This document shows positions 32,401 to 44,844 of a DNA stretch of 64,000 nt, one piece after another. This stretch comes from an uncultured Spirochaetota bacterium. GTDB lineage: Bacteria; Spirochaetota; Spirochaetia; SZUA-6; Fen-1364. Position numbers and translations under genes: made by a program. The notes beneath the pieces were generated by a model. The model ran no database searches. It worked only from the letters and a program-made list of their open reading frames with translations, and had not been told where the DNA came from. Each line of letters opens with the position of its first letter. Within the stretch, counting starts at the first letter, position 1. Location: contig CAWAHW010000001.1 of NCBI GenBank assembly GCA_963781885.1, positions 576,001 through 640,000 on the forward strand. The letters are read 5' to 3'.

Positions 32401-34972
32401 TTGTGGGCTCGTCGAAAAGAAAGAGGTTCCCGCGGCCGCCCGGGCCGGGACCCGACTCGCGGAGAAAGCCGGCGAGCTTCAGCCTCTGTGCCTCGCCGCC
32501 GCTTAGCGTCGGGACCGGCTGGCCGAGGCTCACGTAGCCCAGGCCGACCGCCGAGAGAGGCGCGAGCCCTGCGAGCACCTCGGGTGCCTCGGAGAAGAAA
32601 TCGCAGGCCTCGGAGACGGTCATGTCCAGCACGTCGGCAATTGACTTTGCCGTCGCGCCCGGCCGCGTGCCCAGGCTGCCCGGCGGGAAGAGCCGGACGT
32701 CGAGCACCTCCTGGCGGAAGCGCCTGCCGTCGCAATCGGGGCAGCGCAGGTACACGTCGCTCAGGAACTGCATCTCGATGTGCTCGAAGCCGGTGCCGCT
32801 GCACGTCGGGCAACGCCCCGTTCCGGCATTGAAGCTGAACGTGCCCGCCGTGTAGCCGCGCTCGCGGGCCAGCGGCTCCGCCGCGAAGAGCTTGCGGATC
32901 GGGTCGAAGGCGCCGACGTAGCTCACGGGATTGGAGCGCGCGGTCCTGCCAATGGGCGACTGGTCGACCATCACGACGTCGTTGACGAGCTCGTGGCCGG
33001 CAATGGCCCGGTGCTTCCCCGGCTGCTCCGTGGGCTTGTGCTTGATGGCCGAAAGGGCGTTGAAAAGCACGTCCTGCATGAGCGTCGACTTGCCGGATCC
33101 GCTCACGCCGGTGACGCACACCAGCCTGCCAAGGGGAATGTCCACGTCGATGGATTTGAGGTTGTGCTCCGCGGCACCGAGTATCCGGAGCACGCGGCCG
33201 TCCGCGGCCCGCGCGCGGGGCGGCGGCGCAATCTTCCTCTTCCCGGTAAGGTACTGGGCCGTGAGCGAACGCGGGCTCTGGAGCAGCGCGGGCAGGTCAC
33301 CGAAGAAGACGATGCGTCCCCCGCGCTCGCCGGCGCCCGGCCCCATGTCCAGGACCAGGTCGGCCGCGCGGATCACGTCGGGATCGTGCTCCACCACGAT
33401 GATCGTATTGCCCGTGTCGCGCAGCCGGTGCAGCACGCCGATGAGCCGGCCGATGTCGCGCGGATGCAGGCCGACGCTGGGCTCGTCCAGGACGAAAAGC
33501 GCGTTCACCAGCGACGTGCCTAGCGCGGTGGTGAGATTGATGCGCTGCACCTCCCCACCGCTTAAGCTGCGCGACTGCCGGTCGAGTGTGAGGTAGCCCA
33601 GGCCGACGTCTGTGAGGTAGCGCAGGCGCGTCCTGATCTCGGAGAGAAGGAGCGTGGTCGCCTCGTCCATCGGCGCGGGAAGCTTCAGGCCGTCGAACAG
33701 CGTCACGCAACGGTCCAGCGGGAGGAGCATCACCTCGTGAATCGTGAGCTTCTCCTCGCCGATGCGGAAGTCGAGCGCTTCGGGCCGCAGGCGCGCGCCG
33801 CCGCAGACGGGGCAGGGGGTGTAGTTGCGGTACCGCGAGAGGAGCACCCGGATGTGCATGCGGTAGCTCTTGGACTCCAGCCAGCCGAAGAAACGCTTCG
33901 CGCCGTACCAGACCCCGTCATCCCAGTCGCCTTCGCCTTCGATCACCCATGATCGCTGCTCCGCCGTGAGGTCGCGCCAGGGCACGTCTGTCGGAACCCG
34001 GCGCGCGCGGGCGAATTTCAGCAGGTCGTCCTTCACCTCCCGGAAGCTCTCCGTCTGCCACGGCTTCACCGCGCCGCCCGCGAGGCTCTTCGTGTCGTCG
34101 GGCACCACGAGGTCCCAGTCGATGCCGATCGTGCGGCCGAATCCGCGGCACGTGGGACAGGCGCCCACCGGTGAATTGAAGGAGAAGAGATTGGGCGTGG
34201 GGTCGGCGTAGTGGATGTCGCAGAAGGCGCAGTGAAGGTCCGAGGAGAAGCGCAGCTCTTCCCCCGGCTTTCCCCCGGCCTCCTGGACGTGGGCGGAGAC
34301 ACGGCCCTGCCCGTACTTCAGGGCCGCCTCCAGGTCCTCCACCAGCCGCGCGCGGGTGTCCTTCCGCACGCCGATCCGATCCTGCACGACCTCGAGCTTT
34401 CCCTTTTCCCGGGCGTGGATGCGCGTGTAGCCCTGCCGCGACAGCAGGTCGAGCACTTCCTGCTCGGTGAAGTTGTCCGGGACGGGGATGGGAAATGTGA
34501 GGATCAAGGTGCGGCCGCCGGGAAGCTGGTCGACGATGCTCTCCGGCGTGTCGCGGCGCACCTCCCTGCCGCAGCGCGTGCAGAACAGGCGGGAGGCGCG
34601 CGCGAAAAGCAGCTTCAGATGGTCGTTGAGCTCCGTCATCGTGCCCACGGTGGAGCGCGATGTCCGCACGGGATTCGTCTGGTCGATGGCGATCGCGGGC
34701 GGAATGCCGTCGATCCTGTCGACGCGCGGCTTGTCCATCCTGTCGAGAAACTGCCGCGTGTAGGAGGAGAATGTCTCCACGTACCGGCGCTGCCCCTCGG
34801 CGTACAGCGTGTCGAATGCCAGTGACGACTTGCCCGACCCGCTCACGCCCGTGATGACGATGAGCTTTCCCAGGGGCAGCTTCAGGGTGAGATTGCGCAG
34901 ATTGTTCTGCCGGGCGCCTTCCACGAGGATGAAGCCGCCAGGACGGCGTTTGGTGGGTGTTTTTTTGCTCAC
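29427..34972 (-). CDS. uvrA: double-length excinuclease ABC subunit A (~1850 aa); frameshift at ~31345-31365
   Basis: Four GVSGSGKS Walker A motifs, repeated LSGGE(A/V)QR and DEP motifs, Zn fingers. After the shift the frame reads [14 protein letters not shown]...CPACYG and runs into ORF 29427..31043. Confidence 0.92.
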
Positions 34973-35020
34973 TGTCCGGGGGCCTGCCGATGCGCGTAGA
35001 ATATAGCCAGGAGGTCGTCC

Positions 35021-35944
35021 ATGAGCAATCTATCCGAAAACACCGTCGCACTCGGTATGACGGACGTGCGCGCGAGCCCCGTCGGAGTGGGAACCAATTC
35101 GTGGGGCGCCAAGAATGAGCGCGACCCCGGCAAGCGCGCCACATTCGAGGCGCTCATGGGGGCCGGCATCACGTTTTTCGATACAGCGGAAATCTATACC
35201 GGTGGCAGCTCGGAGCGCACGCTCGGACAGTGCATCAAGGACACCGGGAAGGCGCCCGTGGTGCTCACGAAGTTCTTCCCGCTGCCCTGGCGGCTGCGCG
35301 GACCGGCCCTGACCTCCGCGCTGAAGGCGAGCCTCGCGCGTCTCCAGCTCCCCCGCGCGGACGTGTACCTGCTGCATTTCCCCCTGCCGCCCGTGCCCAT
35401 CGAGACCTGGGCCGCATTCCTCGCGGACGCGATCACGGCAGGACTCACCCGGGCCGTCGGCATCTCCAACTGTTCCCCCGCCCAGATGCGCCGCGCCCAT
35501 GCAGCGCTTTCGGCGCGCGGTGTGCCTCTTGCTTGCAACGAGGTGGAGTTCAGTCTCCTGAAGCGAGCGCCCGAGCGGACGGGCCTCTTGAGCCTGTGCA
35601 AGGAAATGGGCGTGACACTGATCGCCTACCGGCCTCTTGCCCAGGGCATGCTTTCAGGCAAGTACTCCGCTCAGCAACCCCCGTCCGGAGTCCGCAAGCT
35701 TCTTTATGGAAGAAAGTCTCTCACGCGTGCGGCCCCCGTCGTCGAGGCCTTGCGCAGGATCGGCGAAAAGCGCGGCAAAACCGCCTCACAAGTCGCCGTC
35801 AACTGGGTGATCTGCAAGGGCGCGCTTCCCATACCCGGCGCAAAGGATCCGCAGCAGGCGCGGGAGAACGCCGGCGCCATGGGATGGCGGCTGGCTTCCG
35901 AGGAGGTCGCCGAGCTGGACGCGCTGAGCGGAGGCTCTGTCTAG
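35021..35944 (+). CDS. aldo/keto reductase
   Basis: GVGTNSWG, FFDTAEIY, TKF, LLHFP, AVGISN, AYRPLAQG, PIPGAK. Confidence 0.9.
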   Translation: MSNLSENTVALGMTDVRASPVGVGTNSWGAKNERDPGKRATFEALMGAGITFFDTAEIYTGGSSERTLGQCIKDTGKAPVVLTKFFPLPWRLRGPALTSALKASLARLQLPRADVYLLHFPLPPVPIETWAAFLADAITAGLTRAVGISNCSPAQMRRAHAALSARGVPLACNEVEFSLLKRAPERTGLLSLCKEMGVTLIAYRPLAQGMLSGKYSAQQPPSGVRKLLYGRKSLTRAAPVVEALRRIGEKRGKTASQVAVNWVICKGALPIPGAKDPQQARENAGAMGWRLASEEVAELDALSGGSV

Positions 35945-36518
35945 CCGTTCTCCCGCCACTCCGTGATCTCCTGCCACGCGGTGCGGGGCCGCGCCGCGGG
36001 AGATCCATCGGTGTAGCCGAGGCTGACCGCGGTCACCAGCTCCTCGTCCCGGCCGAGCCAGTCGCGGATCAGCGAGTAGGCGTACAGGATGTCGCAGATC
36101 CAGAGCGTGCCCAGCCCGAGATCCTCCGCCGCCAGGAGCATGGTCTGCACCATGCCGCCGATGGAGAGGATGTCGGGAGCGTTGTATGTCAGGTGATCGA
36201 ATATCGATCCCACGTGACGATGGGCAGGATTGAGCACGAGGATCGTGACCGGCGCCTGTGCGACGATGCGCGCCGAGTTTCGGGAGCTCCCGCTTGGATC
36301 CCCCGGGACTCGACGAACTGCGCCCCTTCCTCCATGAGCCGCGCGAGCTTCGACCGCGCCGCACCCTGGAGAACGACGAAGCGCCACGGTTGATGGTTTT
36401 TCGCGGATGGCGCGAGCACGGCAGCCTCCAGCAGGCTCTGGATGGTCTCCCTTGACACAGGCCGATCGGTGAACGTGCGGATGCTCCTTCTCCGCGAAAT
36501 CGCTTCTCGTACTTCCAT
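35941..36518 (-). CDS. nitroreductase family protein; frameshift at ~36295
   Basis: RRSIRTF, APSAKNHQPWRF in frame 1; MLLAAEDLGLGTLWI, SLGY in frame 2. Confidence 0.85.
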
Positions 36519-36546
36519 GGTATGTTCTCCCGCCCGCCGCGAAGTC

Positions 36547-38484
36547 CTACGGCAGCTTGAACAGGGTTTTCAGCGTTTCCCGATTGCGCGCGTTGTCGGT
36601 GGTGGATCCTTCCTTCGTATAAGCGTACGCGATCAGGTCGCGATGGATGTCCACGACCTTGTGCCGCACGAGCTTCATCATGGAGTTGACGGTCCCGTTC
36701 TTCTCATTGAAAGGCTCCGGCACGATCTGGAAGACAGAAGGCACCCACGCGAGCTGCACCTTTTTCGCCCGGGGATCGGTGCGGAACCCGTAGAGCTCAT
36801 CCTTGAGGAGCCGCAGGAGATCGTCCGCCGCCGTGATGCCGCGCTCCTTGACGAGCCGTTCCACCTTCGCGGTGTCCAGGGTGACGAGTGCGATCGTATA
36901 CTTGCAGTGATCGCAGTACGCCATGATTTGGTCAATGAGGTCCGTCGAGGTGGTGACCGCCTCCTCGATGTCCTCCGGGCTGTACTTTTCCCCGTCCTCG
37001 GCGATGAGCAGCGCCTTCTCCCTGCCCACCACGGCAAGGAAGCCGTCCTTGTCCATGAAGGCGAGATCCCCCGTGTACAGCCAGCCGTCGCGCAGGGCCG
37101 CTGCCGTGGCCTCGGGATTGTGGAAATATCCCTTCATCACGTTGCCGCCCCTGATGACGATCTCTCCCGTCTCCCCGGTCTGCGCCAGGCTGCCGTCAGG
37201 CTTCACGATCTTGAGCTCGATGGATTGCATGAGGATGCCCGACGTGCCGAACTTGTGCTTCGGCGGGGTATTCACGCTGATGACGGGCGCCGCCTCCGTG
37301 AGGCCGTAGCCCTGGTAGACGGGCACCCCCAGCGCGCTGAAGAACTCCTGCTGCTTCACGTCCAGGAGCGCGCCCCCGCCGACGCAGAAACGGATGGAGC
37401 GGCCGAAGACTTTTTTCCGGATCGTCCCAAATACGAGAAGCCGCGCCAGCGCATAGGGGAAGAAGCTCCGAAGGCGCACGCCGAAGGACGGGCGATTGAA
37501 GCCGTTGCCATTCCAGGCAATGCCCGCGGCAATGCCCGCCTTGAAGATCTTCTCTATGATTCCCCCCTTCTCCTCGATCCCGGCAATGATCTTCTTCATG
37601 AAGTTGCCCGAGAGGGAGGGCACCGTGAAGAGGAAATGGGACTGCGCCTCCAGCATGTTGATCGGGATGTTCCGCAGCGTGCCGATCCCCCCGCCGCGCG
37701 AATCCACGAAGTAGAGGGAGACGCCGCAGACCAGGGCCGTGTAGAGACCCGATGTGTGGGCGAAAGAATGGTCCACCGGGAGGATGATGAGGGACCGCCA
37801 CCCGGGCGGGAGGGGGATCGCCTTCACGCCATCCTGACAGTTCGTCCAGTAGTTCAGGTGCGTGAGCATGATGCCCTTGGGGTTGCCGGTTGTGCCGGAG
37901 GTGTAGCTGATGGTGACCGTGTCATCTTCCTGGATCGATGCGGTGATCGCGTCCAGCTCGGTCCCCCTGCTCTGCAGCACGACGCGGCCGGCCGCGCGCG
38001 CTTCATCGAAGCCCGTCACCCGGTCCTCCGCCACCCCGTGCGCGGTCGCCTCCGCCCGGGCCCATGCGGGGTCGTCGTCGAGGTAGACGATCCTCACCGT
38101 CGTGTCATGCACGGAGCGCAACGCGCCGAGTGCCTTGCGGAGCTGGTTTTTCGTGGTGATGATGCCTTTTGCCCCCGAGTGATTGATGCGGAAAGGTATC
38201 TCTTCCTCCAGCAGCTTGATGGAAAGCGGCACGGAAACGCAGCCTGCCAGGAGCAGGCCGAGCTCGCTCACGATCCATTCGGGTGACCCTTCGGCGATGA
38301 TCGCCATCGCGTCCCCCCGGGCCGCGCCCGTGGAGAGCACCCACCCGGCGAACTCGCGTGCCCGTTCGCGCGCCTCCACGAAGGAGATGGTCGCCCATCC
38401 TGCATCGGTCTTGCGGTGCGCGTACGGGGCAGTCCCCCACGCCTCCGCGGCCTCATCGAGCATCCGCACGACTGTCCGGTTCAT
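36547..38484 (-). CDS. long-chain fatty acid-CoA ligase (AMP-binding)
   Basis: YTSGTTGNPKG, QGYGLTE, VMKGYF, LYTGD, GREK. Confidence 0.88.
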   Translation of the reverse strand: MNRTVVRMLDEAAEAWGTAPYAHRKTDAGWATISFVEARERAREFAGWVLSTGAARGDAMAIIAEGSPEWIVSELGLLLAGCVSVPLSIKLLEEEIPFRINHSGAKGIITTKNQLRKALGALRSVHDTTVRIVYLDDDPAWARAEATAHGVAEDRVTGFDEARAAGRVVLQSRGTELDAITASIQEDDTVTISYTSGTTGNPKGIMLTHLNYWTNCQDGVKAIPLPPGWRSLIILPVDHSFAHTSGLYTALVCGVSLYFVDSRGGGIGTLRNIPINMLEAQSHFLFTVPSLSGNFMKKIIAGIEEKGGIIEKIFKAGIAAGIAWNGNGFNRPSFGVRLRSFFPYALARLLVFGTIRKKVFGRSIRFCVGGGALLDVKQQEFFSALGVPVYQGYGLTEAAPVISVNTPPKHKFGTSGILMQSIELKIVKPDGSLAQTGETGEIVIRGGNVMKGYFHNPEATAAALRDGWLYTGDLAFMDKDGFLAVVGREKALLIAEDGEKYSPEDIEEAVTTSTDLIDQIMAYCDHCKYTIALVTLDTAKVERLVKERGITAADDLLRLLKDELYGFRTDPRAKKVQLAWVPSVFQIVPEPFNEKNGTVNSMMKLVRHKVVDIHRDLIAYAYTKEGSTTDNARNRETLKTLFKLP

Positions 38485-38608
38485 CCCTGCACCGTAGCAC
38501 GCCCGGGATGCGCGGTAAAGCAAAAAGCGGCCTCCGGGGACTCGCGGCGGGCGGGACATGCCGACGCGGCTCTGCTATACTGGGAGCTCTGATGGAGACG
38601 CCCGGCCT

Positions 38609-40369
38609 TTGAAAACCCGGTTCCACTTTGCAGTACCCAGATTCCGCAAGATCTCGACGAAAGTGATCGCTTCTTTCGTCACGATCCTTCTTCTCCAGGC
38701 CCTTCTCTCCATCGTCACGTTGAATTACTTCACCCGGCAGGCCATGGAGACCTCCCTGGACGACCAGCGGGAGAAGACCCGCCGCCTCATCGAGCAGTAC
38801 TTCAGCGACGCGCGCAAGGAGGTGATCATCAAGGCGGACCTCCTGGCGGGCCAGGCACGCATCGTGGACTACCTCCGAACGGGAGACCCTGACACCCTGC
38901 GGGGGGAGCTGGAGTTCTACCGCGGAGCCCTCGATCTGGATGCCGTGACCGTGATCGACCCCAGCGGGGAGAGCATCGTGAGCGTCGGCAACCCCGAGAT
39001 CGCGGGCGTGCTGCACCGGCGCAACCTCGTCGACGTCCTGGAGCATGGGGAGACGAGCACGATCGCCGGGGAAGGCGACAGGATCCACCTCTGGGGGCTC
39101 CACGACATCGTGTCGGGCAGGAGACGCGTCGCCGTGCTGGGTGTCGCCGTGAGCCTCGACCGCGCATTCATCGCGCGCATCGAGGACATCTCCAACACGT
39201 CGATGCTGCTCACCCTGCATCGCACCATCCCCGTCAACGGCCATCTCTCCGACGCGACATTCATCGAGTACAGCCGGCGCATCACGGCCGATCCCGAGGC
39301 CGGCAACACCGGGCGCATCGGCACGTTCGTCTACCGCACGACTCACCTGCCCGACTTCCCCGACCTGGAGATGGTGTACTTCATCGACACGGCGCCGAGC
39401 TTCAAGGTTCTCAACTTCTACGTGACGTCGTCGCTCATCATCCTGGGCATCGTTTTGGCGTTTGCCTTCGCCATCTCGCTCGTGCTCTATCGATACAGCT
39501 TCCTGAAACCCTTCAACGCGTTCCAGGACGCCATCCGCAAGATATCGCGGGGTGACCTCTCGTTCCGCATCTCGCGCCCCGGCGAGGACGAGTTCGCCGA
39601 CCTGGAGCGCGAGTTCGAGCAGATGACCACCAATCTCACGAAGCTCGAGCAGAAGCTCCAGATCAGCTCCCGCATGGCCGCCATCGGCGAAATGGTCGCA
39701 GGGGTGGCGCACCAGATCCGCAACCCTCTGGCCATCATGAAGGTGTCCGCGGAGATGATCCGCGACAGCCTTCCCGGAGGCCCCGACGGCAACGGCGCGG
39801 CGCGCGCGCCCCACCCGCTCGGCGCCCCGGGGAACACGCGCCAGCTCATCGAGATGATCGTGAGCGAGATCAATTCCCTGTCCTCGACCGTGTCGAGCTT
39901 CCTCGACTTCGCCCGTCCGCTGCGCGCACAGATCGAGCAGGTGGACGTCCAGAGCTTCCTCACGCATGCGGTCGCCATGCTTCCCGTCGGGGAGCAGCCC
40001 CACGCGCGGGTGACGGTGCAGGTCGACCCGGACGTCCGCCAGGCCTGCCTCGACCGGCATCTCATGGAGCAGCTCGTCCACAACCTGCTCACGAACGCGC
40101 TCCAGGCCTCGCCGCCGGACGGGGAGGTCCTTCTCTGCGCGGACAGGAGGGACGGGAGGCTGCATCTGCGGGTGAAGGACATGGGCCGCGGCATGAACGA
40201 CGAGGTGAAGACGCAGATATTCCGGCCCTTCTTCACGACGAAGAGCGACGGCACGGGTCTCGGGCTCTCCATCGTCCACCGCATCGTCGAGGTGCACGGC
40301 GGGGCGATCGACGTGCGCTCCGCGCCGGGGCAGGGGACGGAGTTCGAGATCACGCTCCAGGAATGCTGA
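38609..40369 (+). CDS. sensor histidine kinase (extracytoplasmic sensor, HAMP); start uncertain
   Basis: 2 TM, HAMP, AHQIRNPL, NALQA, DMGRG, FFTTK, GTGLGL. Confidence 0.9.
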   Translation: MKTRFHFAVPRFRKISTKVIASFVTILLLQALLSIVTLNYFTRQAMETSLDDQREKTRRLIEQYFSDARKEVIIKADLLAGQARIVDYLRTGDPDTLRGELEFYRGALDLDAVTVIDPSGESIVSVGNPEIAGVLHRRNLVDVLEHGETSTIAGEGDRIHLWGLHDIVSGRRRVAVLGVAVSLDRAFIARIEDISNTSMLLTLHRTIPVNGHLSDATFIEYSRRITADPEAGNTGRIGTFVYRTTHLPDFPDLEMVYFIDTAPSFKVLNFYVTSSLIILGIVLAFAFAISLVLYRYSFLKPFNAFQDAIRKISRGDLSFRISRPGEDEFADLEREFEQMTTNLTKLEQKLQISSRMAAIGEMVAGVAHQIRNPLAIMKVSAEMIRDSLPGGPDGNGAARAPHPLGAPGNTRQLIEMIVSEINSLSSTVSSFLDFARPLRAQIEQVDVQSFLTHAVAMLPVGEQPHARVTVQVDPDVRQACLDRHLMEQLVHNLLTNALQASPPDGEVLLCADRRDGRLHLRVKDMGRGMNDEVKTQIFRPFFTTKSDGTGLGLSIVHRIVEVHGGAIDVRSAPGQGTEFEITLQEC

Positions 40370-40375
40370 GGTGTC

Positions 40376-41746
40376 ATGTCGCTGAAACGGGTGCTCGTCG
40401 TGGACGACGAGAAGAACATGCAGACGGTGCTGAAGATCCTCTTCGATGGCGAGGGCTTCCAGACCACGTGCGTCAACGACGGCCTCCAGGCTCTTGCGCT
40501 CCTGGATGCCGGCGAGCGCTTCGGCGCGATCATCTCCGACTTCAAGATGGACGGGCTGGACGGGCTGGGGCTCCTCCGCGGCATCCGCGAGCGGGAGCTG
40601 CAGATCCCCTTCGTGCTCGTCACCGCGCATGGCACCATTGAGATGGCCGTGGAAGCCATGAAGCTCGGGGCGGTGGACGTCGTCACGAAGCCCTTCACCA
40701 AGGAGCTCGTGCTCGCGATCGTGTCCCGCATCATCAAGCTTTCCAGTCTCGAGGACGAGAACCTCATCCTCAAGTCCACGCAGAAGCAGGACGAGCTCAT
40801 CTATTGCTCGACCGCGATGACGGAGATCGCCACTCTCATCACCCGCATCGGGCCGGTCGCCGCGCCCGTGCTCCTGACCGGGGAGAGCGGGACCGGCAAG
40901 GAAGTGGTGGCCCGCAACATCCACCGCGCCTACGCGGGGGGCGCCTTCGATGCGCGTCCCTTCGTGTCGGTCAATTGTCCCGCCGTCCCCGAGAACCTGC
41001 TGGAGAGCGAGCTTTTCGGCTACCGCAAGGGCGCCTTCACCGGCGCGAATCAGGACTTCAAGGGGAAGGTGGAGCTCGCCGACGGCGGCACGGTCTTCTT
41101 CGACGAGATCGGGGACCTGCCCTCCGGTCTCCAGCCCAAGCTCCTGCGGCTGATGGAGGCACGCACCTACGAGCCCCTGGGCTCGGGCAAGACGAAGAAG
41201 GTGGACATCCGCGTCATCTGCGCGACGAACCGCAATCTCAAGCGCCTCGCGCGCGAGGGGACGTTCCGCGAGGACCTTCTCTACCGGATCAACACATTCA
41301 CGATCGAGATCCCGCCGCTGCGCGATCGGCGCGAGGATGTGCCCGTGCTTGCGGAGTACTTTCTGTCCTTGTTCGCCGCGGAGATGCGGAAGCCGATCAA
41401 GGGCATCTCCCTCGCGGCACTCGAGATCCTGCGCGGCTATTCCTGGCCGGGGAATATCCGGGAGCTGCGCAACGTGCTCGAGCGCGCCGTCGTGCTGTGC
41501 GCCGGCCGTGACATCGAGCCAGAGGACCTGCCCCAGGACCTGCGATTCGCGGTCAGCGCCCGACGTGAAACCCCGGAAGGCGCCAATACCATAGAAGTGG
41601 TGGAGAGGTCCCTGATTGTCGACGCCCTGGAAAGCGCGAAGGGGAATATCTCGGCCGCGGCACGAATCCTGGGCATCACCCGCAACACGCTCCGTTACCG
41701 AATCCGCAAGTATGAGATAAACGTGGATTTTGATAAGGACGAGTAA
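40376..41746 (+). CDS. NtrC-family sigma-54 response regulator
   Basis: VLVVDDE, GESGTGKE, ESELFGYRKGAFTGA, WPGNIREL, Fis HTH. Confidence 0.93.
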   Translation: MSLKRVLVVDDEKNMQTVLKILFDGEGFQTTCVNDGLQALALLDAGERFGAIISDFKMDGLDGLGLLRGIRERELQIPFVLVTAHGTIEMAVEAMKLGAVDVVTKPFTKELVLAIVSRIIKLSSLEDENLILKSTQKQDELIYCSTAMTEIATLITRIGPVAAPVLLTGESGTGKEVVARNIHRAYAGGAFDARPFVSVNCPAVPENLLESELFGYRKGAFTGANQDFKGKVELADGGTVFFDEIGDLPSGLQPKLLRLMEARTYEPLGSGKTKKVDIRVICATNRNLKRLAREGTFREDLLYRINTFTIEIPPLRDRREDVPVLAEYFLSLFAAEMRKPIKGISLAALEILRGYSWPGNIRELRNVLERAVVLCAGRDIEPEDLPQDLRFAVSARRETPEGANTIEVVERSLIVDALESAKGNISAAARILGITRNTLRYRIRKYEINVDFDKDE

Positions 41747-41752
41747 CAGACT

Positions 41753-41790
41753 GTGGTTTAAAAGAACCACCAATGCCCAAAACGAACCAC
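41753..41790. promoter_or_regulatory. candidate enhancer palindrome GTGGTT-N6-AACCAC plus a half-site 20 bp downstream
   Basis: GTGGTTtaaaagAACCAC at 41753-41770; AACCAC again at 41785-41790. Confidence 0.55.
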
Positions 41791-42122
41791 TAATTCATGC
41801 TTGTGGCAATACGTTAATGCCTTTTTCCTGCGTGGCCCTTCAATAATCTTTGTCTATTGCGGAGACAGCGCCAGGGTAAAGATATCTCATTAAGCGTATA
41901 AAATCCAATTTTCGCTGTGAGCGGGACATTTAGGAATGTACGATCGTTTTCCTAATTCTTGGTAATGCATGCCTTTGCAGCCGATGCCCTTCCACGGCGC
42001 AAAAAAAAAGGGGAAGAACTTCTGGCTGGATCAAGCGCCGATCAGCCACGTCGGCTCGAAGGAAAAAACCAGGCGTGGCGAAAAGGGTTATGAAAAGAGA
42101 TATATCATCGAATTTTGCCTTG

Positions 42123-42139
42123 TTGGCATGGTTCTGGCA
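42123..42139 (+). promoter_or_regulatory. sigma-54 (-24/-12) promoter of the xylFGH-like operon
   Basis: TTGGCATGGTTCTGGCA with GG(42125-6)-N10-GC(42137-8), 38 bp before the GTG. Confidence 0.6.
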
Positions 42140-42176
42140 TCTAGAAAGCGCATATCACACTCAAGGAGGGATTAGA

Positions 42177-43229
42177 GTGAAGAAACTAACAGTATTTGCC
42201 ATTGCAATCGTTGCATTGGCGGCGCTGGCTCTTACGAGCTGCGGGGCTCCCGCGAAGCCGAAGATCGGGCTTTCGTTCTCCGATTTCGCGACCGAGCGCT
42301 GGCCGATCGAGCGCGACGCAATGACCAAGATCCTGAAGGACAACGGCTACGACGTCCTTGTTCAGGAAGCCAACCATGACGCGAAGCTCCAGAACGACCA
42401 GATCAAGAACATGGTCACCCAGGGAGCCAAGGTCATCGTCGTTGTCGCCGAAGACGGCGACTCTGCCGCGACCGCGGTCGACGACGTGACCAAGAAGGGC
42501 GTCAAGGTCATCTCCTATGACCGGTTGATCAAGTCGACCAACATCGCCGCCTACGTGTCCTTCGACAACGTGGACGTCGGCCGCAACCAGGCGAAGGGCA
42601 TTCTCGCGGCGAAGGACTCTGGCCGCTTCGTGCTCCTCGGCGGAAGCCCCACCGACAACAACGCCCACCTGGTCCGCAAAGGCCAGTTGGAAGTTCTGCA
42701 GCCCTCCATCGATGCCGGCAAGATCAAGATCGTTGCCGATCAGTGGGTTGAGAACTGGGACCCCGCCAATGCAAAGAAGTTGATGGAGAACATCATCACG
42801 GCCACCGGCAAGAAGTTCGACGCAGTCGTTGCCTCGAATGACGGCACGGCGCTTGGCGCTCTTGAAGCCATGAAGGTCGTCGGCCTCGCTGGCAAGGCTC
42901 CCATTTCCGGCCAGGACGCCACGGCAGCAGGCTGCAACTCGATCGCGCGCGGTGAGCTCACCGTCACGATCCTGAAGGACACCCGCAAGCTGGTCCCGCT
43001 CGCCATGGATCTTGCGATGAATCTTGCGAAGGGTACGGCCCTGACGGGTCTTACCCCGACCTCCCTCGCAGACCTCACTGGCGACGCCTCGAAGACCGGC
43101 ATGGTGCCCTGCAGCTTCCTCCAGGTTCAGCAGGTGACCAAGGACAACGTGAAGCAGCTCGTTGTCGACTCCGGCTTCCAGACCTACGAGGACGTGTACA
43201 AGGACGTCAAGAACCCGCCCGCAAAGTAG
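42177..43229 (+). CDS. xylF: monosaccharide (D-xylose-type) ABC substrate-binding lipoprotein
   Basis: RBS AAGGAGG, lipobox LTSC, ERW, SYDRLI, SFDN, GSPTDNNA, ASNDGTA, SGQDA. Confidence 0.8.
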   Translation: MKKLTVFAIAIVALAALALTSCGAPAKPKIGLSFSDFATERWPIERDAMTKILKDNGYDVLVQEANHDAKLQNDQIKNMVTQGAKVIVVVAEDGDSAATAVDDVTKKGVKVISYDRLIKSTNIAAYVSFDNVDVGRNQAKGILAAKDSGRFVLLGGSPTDNNAHLVRKGQLEVLQPSIDAGKIKIVADQWVENWDPANAKKLMENIITATGKKFDAVVASNDGTALGALEAMKVVGLAGKAPISGQDATAAGCNSIARGELTVTILKDTRKLVPLAMDLAMNLAKGTALTGLTPTSLADLTGDASKTGMVPCSFLQVQQVTKDNVKQLVVDSGFQTYEDVYKDVKNPPAK

Positions 43230-43258
43230 TCTCTCTTTTCTTTCTCGAACAGATTCCG

Positions 43259-43282
43259 TCCGGCCCCCATCAGGGGGCCGGG
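43259..43282 (+). other. intercistronic hairpin after the binding-protein gene
   Basis: CCGGCCCCC-atca-GGGGGCCGG. Confidence 0.55.
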
Positions 43283-43301
43283 CTTTATCGGGGGTCCCAA
43301 A

Positions 43302-44840
<1,539 letters not shown>

Positions 44841-44844
44841 GCGC

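Noticed and set aside
38453-41773. 1106-aa minus-strand ORF, and similar long antisense ORFs at 29598-31592, 36442-38286 and 49101-50864
   Set aside because: These mirror well-supported genes on the opposite strand; the codon bias of GC-rich genes suppresses antisense stops.
41969-42175. 68-aa ORF upstream of xylF as a leader peptide
   Set aside because: No RBS, atypical composition, and it overlaps the predicted sigma-54 promoter.
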